From assembly GCF_001194135.2 (NCBI RefSeq), contig NC_069001.1, forward strand, positions 37,851,450-37,909,183: DNA of 57,734 nt, written 5' to 3'. Positions 50,630-57,734 of this stretch are shown piece after piece. Numbering within the stretch: position 1 is the first letter of the stretch; every line of letters begins with the position of its first letter. Source of the stretch: Octopus bimaculoides. Lineage: Eukaryota. Made by a program: the position numbers and the translations under genes. The notes under the pieces are model-generated. The model did no database searches. It worked only from the letters and a program-made list of their open reading frames with translations, and was not told where the DNA came from.

Positions 50630-51639
50630 ATTCCCATGTTAGACATAAGGTGGGTGGTGTAGTAAGTCTCTGATAGATCTGGTTCTGCTGTAGTGGTGGT
50701 CACAAAGGAAGGTGAGACTGGAGAGGATAAACGAGATATTTCTAAATATGTCTAATTTGCCACTTATATGTTGCTCTGTTGTTTGTTCAAGATATCATAA
50801 ATAACAATGTGTCACACATGGGAATTTTGATACTACAATATGGTATCAGATTGAAACAGTATCAATGATTGGGAAATCGATTTTCTTTAGACTGCCTCTC
50901 ACTTGGCTACCATTAACTTATTGGTTACATCACATCTTTACGACATAACCACCATCATTAGCATTTAATGTATAAAGTTATCTTATCGTTCATCTCTCAT
51001 TCACTTCATCAAAACCTATAATATCTAATATTTATTATCAAATAATGTCAACAAATTATATAAATACAAAGCGAACAGCTTTGAAGATCAGTTTGGAAAA
51101 TGTGTAACTTTTCTCAAACATTGATCAAGTCTGTGAATTCTGTAGTTTATGGTTGTATCAGGACAAGTTTTGGTTAAATGTTCTACATTTAGAATAAGAG
51201 GAGAATAATTGAAGAGCAAAACCAGATTTATTTCAATTTCAAGTAATTAAGAATATTTACAAAGCTTTATTAAACATATCACAGAGGAAAGTTACCTTAC
51301 ACAAAAAAATATTTATGTAACTATACAAAATATAATGTGATATCTTCTTGGAGACGTGAATACATATTTATAGTTTTATCATGCACAATTTTTCATTCGA
51401 TGAATCTTGATAGTTTTCATAAACACAATGCAGTAAATATGTTGTTTTCAATTTTTGATGAGTAAATTTGTCTTTTCTTGTTTGTTTCTCCAGTAAGTTT
51501 TCTGAATATTAGGAAGTATTCAGAAAATTATTCATTGAAGAAATTTGAAAAAGTGGGAAAAATTCATTTGATCATCATGAACAAATATTCTACATCATGC
51601 ACTGCATTTATCACAAACTCCATTCTGATAATGAGCTCG
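50630..51639 (-). repeat. 3'UTR/flank of ZNF-I, paralogous to the flanks of A, B and H
   Basis: 51250-51639 matches 42220-42567 and the reverse complement of 6301-6540. 50630-51245 matches the reverse complement of 361-963. Confidence 0.85.
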
Positions 51640-52995
51640 TTACTGTTTTCTATGAATTCGTATGTGTTTACTTAAGGAGCCTTTTTGAGAGAATGATTTA
51701 TCACAGATATCACAATGATATGGCTTCTCTCCTGTATGAACATGTTTGTGTCTAGATAAGCTAGAGTAATCAGAGAATAATCTACTGCAGATATCACAGT
51801 GATATGGTTTCTCTCCTGTATGAATACGCCTGTGAGCAGTTAAGTGACTGTTCTGGTAAAACGATTTTCCACAGACATCACAGCAATGTGGTTTATACCC
51901 AGTATGAATACGTTTGTGTATTATTAAGTGATGCTTCAGAGAAAATAACTTACCACACACATCGCAGTCATATGGTTTCTCTCCTGTATGAATGCGTTTG
52001 TGTTTAGTTAAGAAACTAGGTGAACGGAATGATTTACTACAGATATCACAGTGATACGGTTTCTCTCTTGTATGAAGTTCTTTATGTATATTCAAAATTC
52101 TTGCTGCAGGAAACGATTTACCACAGATGTCACAATGATATGGCTTCTCCTTTGTATGAATATGTTTGTGTCTAGATAAGCTAGAACAATCAGAGAATAA
52201 TTTTCCACAGATATCACAGTGATATGGTTTTTCTCCCGTATGAATACGTTTGTGCCTACTTAAATCATCACTTGTAGCAAATGGTTTACCACAGATGTCA
52301 CACTGATAATGTTTCTCACCTGTATGAATATGTTTGTGAGTAACTAGGTTAATTTTTTGAGAGAATGATTTACCACATACATCACAATCATATGGCTTCT
52401 CTCCTGTATGAATACGTTTGTGAGGAGTTAACTCACTATTCCGAGGAAATGATTTGCCACAGATATCACACTGATATGGTTTCTCTCCTGTATGAATGCG
52501 TTTGTGTCTAATTAGATCGCCTTTCTGACAGAAAGATTTATCACAGATATCACATTGATATGGTCTCTCTCCTGTATGAATGCGTTTATGTACAATTAAG
52601 TTCTGATTTTGATTAAATGATTTATCACAGATATCACACTGATATTTTTTCTCTCCTGTATGAATGTGTTTGTGAGTAATTAGATCGTCTTTCTGACAAA
52701 ATGATCTATCACAGATCTCACACTGATATGGTTTCTCTTCTGTGTGAATATGTTTGTGAACAGTCAAGTTCTGATCTTGAGGAAATGATTTACCACTGAT
52801 ATCACACTGATATTTTTTCTCTCCTGCATGAATGTGTTTGTGTGTAGTTAATGTACGTTTATCAGAGAATGTCTTCTTACAGATATCACACTGATAGAAT
52901 GTCTTTCCTTTCTCTTTCTGTATATTCTCAGGGAAATCAATAATTTCAAACTCTGCTTCACATTTAATCTTTTTCTCACACAATTCGTCTTCCAT
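51640..52995 (-). CDS. ZNF-I, C2H2 zinc-finger protein, 15 fingers (finger 2 CDIS is degenerate), 451 aa
   Basis: Intact ORF from [13 protein letters not shown]. The track start at 53121 is a TTG. Confidence 0.92.
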   Translation of the reverse strand: MEDELCEKKIKCEAEFEIIDFPENIQKEKGKTFYQCDICKKTFSDKRTLTTHKHIHAGEKKYQCDISGKSFPQDQNLTVHKHIHTEEKPYQCEICDRSFCQKDDLITHKHIHTGEKKYQCDICDKSFNQNQNLIVHKRIHTGERPYQCDICDKSFCQKGDLIRHKRIHTGEKPYQCDICGKSFPRNSELTPHKRIHTGEKPYDCDVCGKSFSQKINLVTHKHIHTGEKHYQCDICGKPFATSDDLSRHKRIHTGEKPYHCDICGKLFSDCSSLSRHKHIHTKEKPYHCDICGKSFPAARILNIHKELHTREKPYHCDICSKSFRSPSFLTKHKRIHTGEKPYDCDVCGKLFSLKHHLIIHKRIHTGYKPHCCDVCGKSFYQNSHLTAHRRIHTGEKPYHCDICSRLFSDYSSLSRHKHVHTGEKPYHCDICDKSFSQKGSLSKHIRIHRKQ

Positions 52996-53914
52996 TCTTG
53001 TTTCTCTCTCACCACAATAAATATAAAAGTTCTTCTTCCCTTTATTTATATATTTTATTCCGATTTCTTCGGCTATATTTCTATCAACTGTGATTTTTGT
53101 CAATATTTGAAGATGCTGCAAATTCCTTTGTAAATCAGCTTTAATTTCGATATCAAATCATTATAACACAAATGCAGTCTGTGAATTGGAGAGCATTTTG
53201 TATAAAAATTCTGTTCAGAGCCAATATTCCACAGTAATTCTAGGATGGATTTATAAAATGAGGGTTCATATCTGTTGTGTATGACATCTGTTTGTCTTGA
53301 AAAGATGATAAATATTGATGGATCTCAGGTAAATAATATTCTTTTATGCCAATGTCATCTGATATTCTGAAATAAAAGAGAATAAAATATCGAGGATACT
53401 TAAACCAAAGACATTCAACAATGGACATTTTATTAAATTCCTTCTAAATTGATAAACTGTAGATCGAAACTTTTACCAGGACAATGGGCCCTCATTCATA
53501 ATATGATTTATAATTTAAATCGGGAAATTCGTGAACTTTGAATGTATAAGAGTATAAACAAGCGTACAATAGTGTAAACAACTAAAATAAAAGTATATCT
53601 AGATAACATTTTGTTCTTAATACTCTTTGTGTAGTGGTTGAAGGAAGGCCTGGTGCACATAACTATTCATAATGTTAGGGTTAAGGTTAAGGTTGGGATC
53701 CTGTTTCAGTTCGGGAGAGAATCGTCATCACATGACATTTAGTCGGAAACACACGTCATGTAGCTGCAATAGAATGCTGCATCACCAACAATAATGTGAT
53801 TTCTCTAAGACATAACCCAGTTATCTATCAAGTCCATTTAAACATTTCTCAATACATACTGCTGTTATGACTTCTTTCCCTTATGCCTCCACCGTAGATG
53901 GGTAGATTTGCTAG

Positions 53915-54420
53915 TAATTGAAGTCAGTTAAAGCAAGTTTTTTAACTCACTTCTATTACATATGTGTGACAACCGATCGGAAAAGGATTAAGACAACATC
54001 GTTACTTTACTAAAATTTCGGCGGAGGTAAAGAATACCTACACCTCTCGTTTTCGGCGGAACAAAACTCCTAACCCAAACCCTAAACATCGGATGTACGT
54101 ATTCTTTACTTTCGCCAAAATTTCTTCTGTTCACTTTCTTTTATCTTTTGAACACATCAAAACAGATGCAGTAGGAAAATGACATGACCTATACAATGTA
54201 GTTTCTATTAATAATACTTACATATTAATTGTCGTAAACCAATTGAAAAGAAAGCTTTTGTTTTTTTCATTCAAACTTTGTTCTTTCTGCCGTTTTAATC
54301 GTTGATCGCCAATGGTCAACAAATAAAGACACGTTGTTTTAGATTGAGGTAAAGACAGCATCTATCCAACAACAATCATTGGATATTGCGCCGCAATGTC
54401 GTACTTAATACGAAATGCGA
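53915..54420 (-). promoter_or_regulatory. ZNF upstream module copy M8 (type 2), proximal to I
   Basis: ACTTAC at 54216-54221 followed by atattaattgtcgtaaacc, as in M1. Confidence 0.6.
54016..54120. mobile_element. ~105-bp hairpin MITE with a telomere-like core, inserted in M8
   Basis: 22-bp inverted ends (19/22) with internal cctaacccaaaccctaa. AAAATTT occurs at both junctions. Absent from other module copies. Confidence 0.75.
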
Positions 54421-54659
54421 TTTCTCTACTCTCATCTATTATTTACTTTTGCAGAAAAGAATTAACAGAAAAATGCTGTAGCGATCTTTTATGTTTGGTT
54501 TCACTTTTTGAAATTTTAAAATTAAGCGAAAATGTTCAAATTCTTTTCTACTCTAGGCACAAGGCCCGACATTTTTGGGGAGGGAACCAGTACGCAACTG
54601 GTACTTAATTTATCGACCCTGAAAGGATGAAAGGCAAAGTTGACCTCGGCGGAATTTAA

Positions 54660-54985
54660 ACTCCTTTATCTTTGAATACATCATAACAAACAGATGAAAT
54701 AGAAAGAGGACATGACCTATACAATGTAGATGTTGTATCTGTTAATAATACTTACATATTAATACAGAGCCAATGAAGATGTCACGATAGATTCAAGTAG
54801 TCACAACTCAGACTGGACAATGACAGCTTCAACACAACTTCTATATTTTACAACAAACCTTCATTTAGATTTTTCACATCGACATAATAAAAAATGTTGT
54901 AGCTATTTCTTACCACAGATAATTAGCAACAACCATCTCTATTTAACTGGATCCCCTGAATGTCAGTTTAAAACAAGAACTGACC
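54660..54985 (-). promoter_or_regulatory. ZNF upstream module copy M9 (type 1, partial), distal to I
   Basis: ACTTAC at 54750-54755. gagccaatgaagatgtcac has lost part of the TGACG half-site. Confidence 0.55.
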
Positions 54986-55367
54986 CTGTAATTATGATGT
55001 TTACCAAACAACATCGGGGGAATTAACAGAATTAATGGATCAGGGGCGGTAACCACGGCTTTACGCACTTGGTTCTCCCATCTGACATTTCCAACAGTTT
55101 CCCTCCGCATCTTCGTCGTCTGTGAATGGTAATTTAACTCCCTATTGTGGTATTTTGTATAAGATGGCAAATGAAACAATTAAAATGAACTCTTGTCTCA
55201 CAAAGATCATCACACTTGTGTAGGTTTCGCTATGGTTGAAGCCGATAAGTTATCAAACTAGTCGTACGGGTGTCCGGAGAAAGTCACAATTTTATTTAAA
55301 TATTATAAACATTTAAAGTAATGAAACAAACATTTTAAATTAGTTGGTAACTGACAGTACATGACTT

Positions 55368-55496
55368 CACTAGCGTAGCTGGAGTGTGTGCCGCCCCCGA
55401 ACCCCACAAAAAAAACATATATTACCTACAGCAGACCCAAAAGTCCGACCCCTTTAAAAGTGCCGCCCCTACCGTTCCCCACTAACTACGCAAGTG
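55368..55496. mobile_element. 129-bp hAT-type MITE
   Basis: Ends cactagcgtagct and aactacgcaagtg. Perfect 8-bp TSD CATGACTT at 55360-55367 and 55497-55504. Confidence 0.85.
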
Positions 55497-55872
55497 CATG
55501 ACTTGTACATGATTTATATGTGATGGCATTACACAGGAGTGACCAAAAAAGAAACTTATTCAATTTCGTAAGTGAAGTGGGACAACGAATCAAAAAAATG
55601 TCAGTTAGTCGAATAAAAGCCTTTAGTATAGGGACTTGTCAGTGAATCGTTTCTTCCAGCCTGTGGCGTTTGAGACTTTCGGAGGGGCTGAGCTGCTGAC
55701 AGCGAAATTCTTCTTATCGTTTGCGGTTCTCCTTACCCGAGACGTCAGGTGATGCTTGTCAGTGTGCTTGGCTGTTCTAACGCCTTAGCTGCGCCCGGCG
55801 CAGACCTGAAATTTTTAGGTGGGGGCCACGGCTAGTCGATATCCCTTTTTAGGTGGGGGTTAGGGCTAGTCG

Positions 55873-55955
55873 ATAAGTATCAGTCGAGTACCCCAGTGCT
55901 CGACTGATACTTATTTCCTAGATCCCGAAAAGTAACGTCAATCTCGGTGGAATTT
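55873..55955 (+). repeat. Dispersed repeat containing a perfect 16-bp hairpin
   Basis: ataagtatcagtcgag (55873-55888) pairs with ctcgactgatacttat (55899-55914). The tail resembles 54600-54660 and the reverse complement of 26480-26530. Confidence 0.6.
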
Positions 55956-56254
55956 TATAAAAATAATAACAATAAATATATTAATAATTCTTGTTTGCCA
56001 CAAGGGTAACGAACATTCGAGGAAGAATTTGAGGAACAGTAATCTAAAATCATTAGGTGATTTCATCGAACTTGCCGGAAATTAGAAAGCCATTTCAAGT
56101 TAACGGGGCGGGGGTGAGTTACAGCTGAAAACTTTACATCGGAAATTGTAATCTATAGTAGTTATATAATGAAATATCCAAATTCCAATTATAATAAAGA
56201 CAGCTAAACACAGGTAATGCATATGTACGTCAGTGATGTCGCCTAGCAGTATAT

Positions 56255-57050
56255 TGTTAAAACTTGCGATGTAATTCTGTTGTTTGCCTGCAATTGTTTG
56301 ACAAACATGTTTATTGTTGGTTCAGATCTGGTTTACAACTGACATTTAGAGGATCCAATTAAATAGAGACGATTGCTAATTAACTGTGGAAAGAAATAGC
56401 TATAATATTCTTCATTATTTCGTTATGGTTATTTCTACAGAAATTATAGCCAGCACTGATTTTTTGCTACAACGTTTCGTATCGAGATGTCAGATGTAAA
56501 CAAATAAATTCTTTATGATGTCGATGTGAAAATCTAATCGAAGGTTTGTTGTAAATTAGTTGTGTTGAAGCCGTCATTTTCCATCCTGACTTGTGACTTC
56601 TTCATCATTCGCGCTAGATTGTTAATGCGAGGAACAAAGTGCGATTCATCTGCCTCTCAGCGTTGACTGTCCAACAGGGTTGAATCCGAGATACGCCCCA
56701 TTCGTCTAAATCTATCGCTAGAACCTTTCTCGTTCGCACGTCTACACATATTCCTCTGCTCCCACCACCCAAGGAGAAAAAGAGCACCGAGCTGGTCCTA
56801 CTTGTGCCCACATGACCGCACTCATTCTTCCTCTTCCAGTAGGGCCCCTTTCTTCCCGCTTCATCTCATCTTCACACCATTAATATGTAAGTATTATTAA
56901 TAGAAACGTTTACATTGCATAGGTCGTGTCATTTTTCTCTTCTGTTTGTTTTGATGGGTTCAAAGACAAAAGAAAAGTAACGATGTTGTCTCAATCTTCC
57001 TCATCCGGTCGGCTTTCACATATAGTAATAGAAGTGAGTTGAAAAACTCC
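56255..57050 (+). promoter_or_regulatory. ZNF upstream module copy M10 (type 1) with a ~265-bp insertion; predicts a + strand ZNF beyond the window
   Basis: Matches M3 on both sides of 56614-56877. GTAAGT at 56887-56892, and tagaaGTGAGTtgaaaaac is present. Confidence 0.6.
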
Positions 57051-57734
57051 CTAGATTATTTATTAGCTGAGATTTGAAGCGACGCCAACAAAAATGAAAT
57101 GACCAATTAAGGAGGAAAGACTTTCCCTAATTATCGAAGAGAATAAGAAATGCTTTTATCCTGGTTAATATCATAGAATTGTTTTCTCATCAGCATCGTT
57201 AAAAAACAATTAAGTTTGCGTTGAAGATAAGAAATTTTTTTATTAATAAATCTCATTAGGAAAAATAAAAGCATGATTATTTATTGGAACGTTAATGAGA
57301 TCGAACGAAGCATTTATTCGTTTCGGTTATTCAAAGAAAGCCAAGATATGTTTTTGAAATCCCAATCATTGATAGTTGAAGTTAACCGCACTCTCTTAAT
57401 AATTTTGCATCAGAGAAAGTACCTTGCGGTATTCGTTCCGGCTTTCTCCCCTTTTCAGTTAAAATCCTGCTGAAGTCAACATTGTCCGTCCTCCCTTTGG
57501 ATTTGCTGATGGCTACAGATGTCAGCGATTTGTTGCATATGTAATATTGTATTTCACAGAAAATACTTCGTTAATCCAACATTTTCAGATGTCTTTTGAG
57601 AGATGAAGGATGAGAAGGTACATTATTATCTCCAATCAATTAGCAATGAAATCGGCTACAAAGTGCTTCTGAAAGCCTCTCTTCATAATGTGAAGCAGTA
57701 ATCCACGTATTTTATGTTTTACATGACTGGACGT

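Noticed and set aside
53700-53880. Coding-looking patch upstream of I
   Set aside because: Short, interrupted in all frames I read, and no family recognised.

Overview
AT-rich eukaryotic DNA from a draft assembly with 7 N-gaps (2342-2538, 4069-4889, 25895-25960, 37156-37188, 43651-44095, 46302-46895, 47933-48655). It is most likely from an octopus or other coleoid cephalopod. That assignment is an inference from the clustered C2H2 zinc-finger (ZNF) genes with uninterrupted finger arrays, the RTE-type LINE relics and the (GAT)n-tailed repeats. The window is a C2H2 ZNF gene cluster, with genes labelled A-I here. Six ORFs are complete: C 12888-13991 +, D 16920-18278 -, E 21722-23317 +, F 28159-29253 -, G 35371-36474 -, I 51640-52995 -. 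H is open but its 5' end lies in a gap. B is prematurely terminated and has a decayed tail. A is an isolated 3' fragment. No KRAB, SCAN, BTB or ZAD domain is visible. The genes instead appear to share one cassette: (1) a ~0.3-0.6 kb co-oriented non-coding module, present in 10 copies, carrying a CGTCATTGG (half-CRE/CCAAT) motif and conserved splice-donor-like sites; (2) a probable ~100-nt intron ending in a conserved TTTCAG acceptor; (3) a conserved ~340-375-nt leader with broken reading frames; (4) a ~33-aa N-terminus with a (I/V)K(C/Y)E motif; (5) variable, internally duplicated N-terminal fingers and, in most copies, a conserved 5-finger C-terminal block. Intergenic DNA holds a Ty3/Gypsy gag-protease relic, RTE LINE fragments, a full-length rosa-type Tc1/mariner ORF with a mutated catalytic Asp, a DD37D maT relic, and hAT-, piggyBac- and GG-ended MITEs with clear target-site duplications (TSDs). 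No rRNA, tRNA gene or CRISPR array is supported. All alignments were done by eye and no expression data were available.
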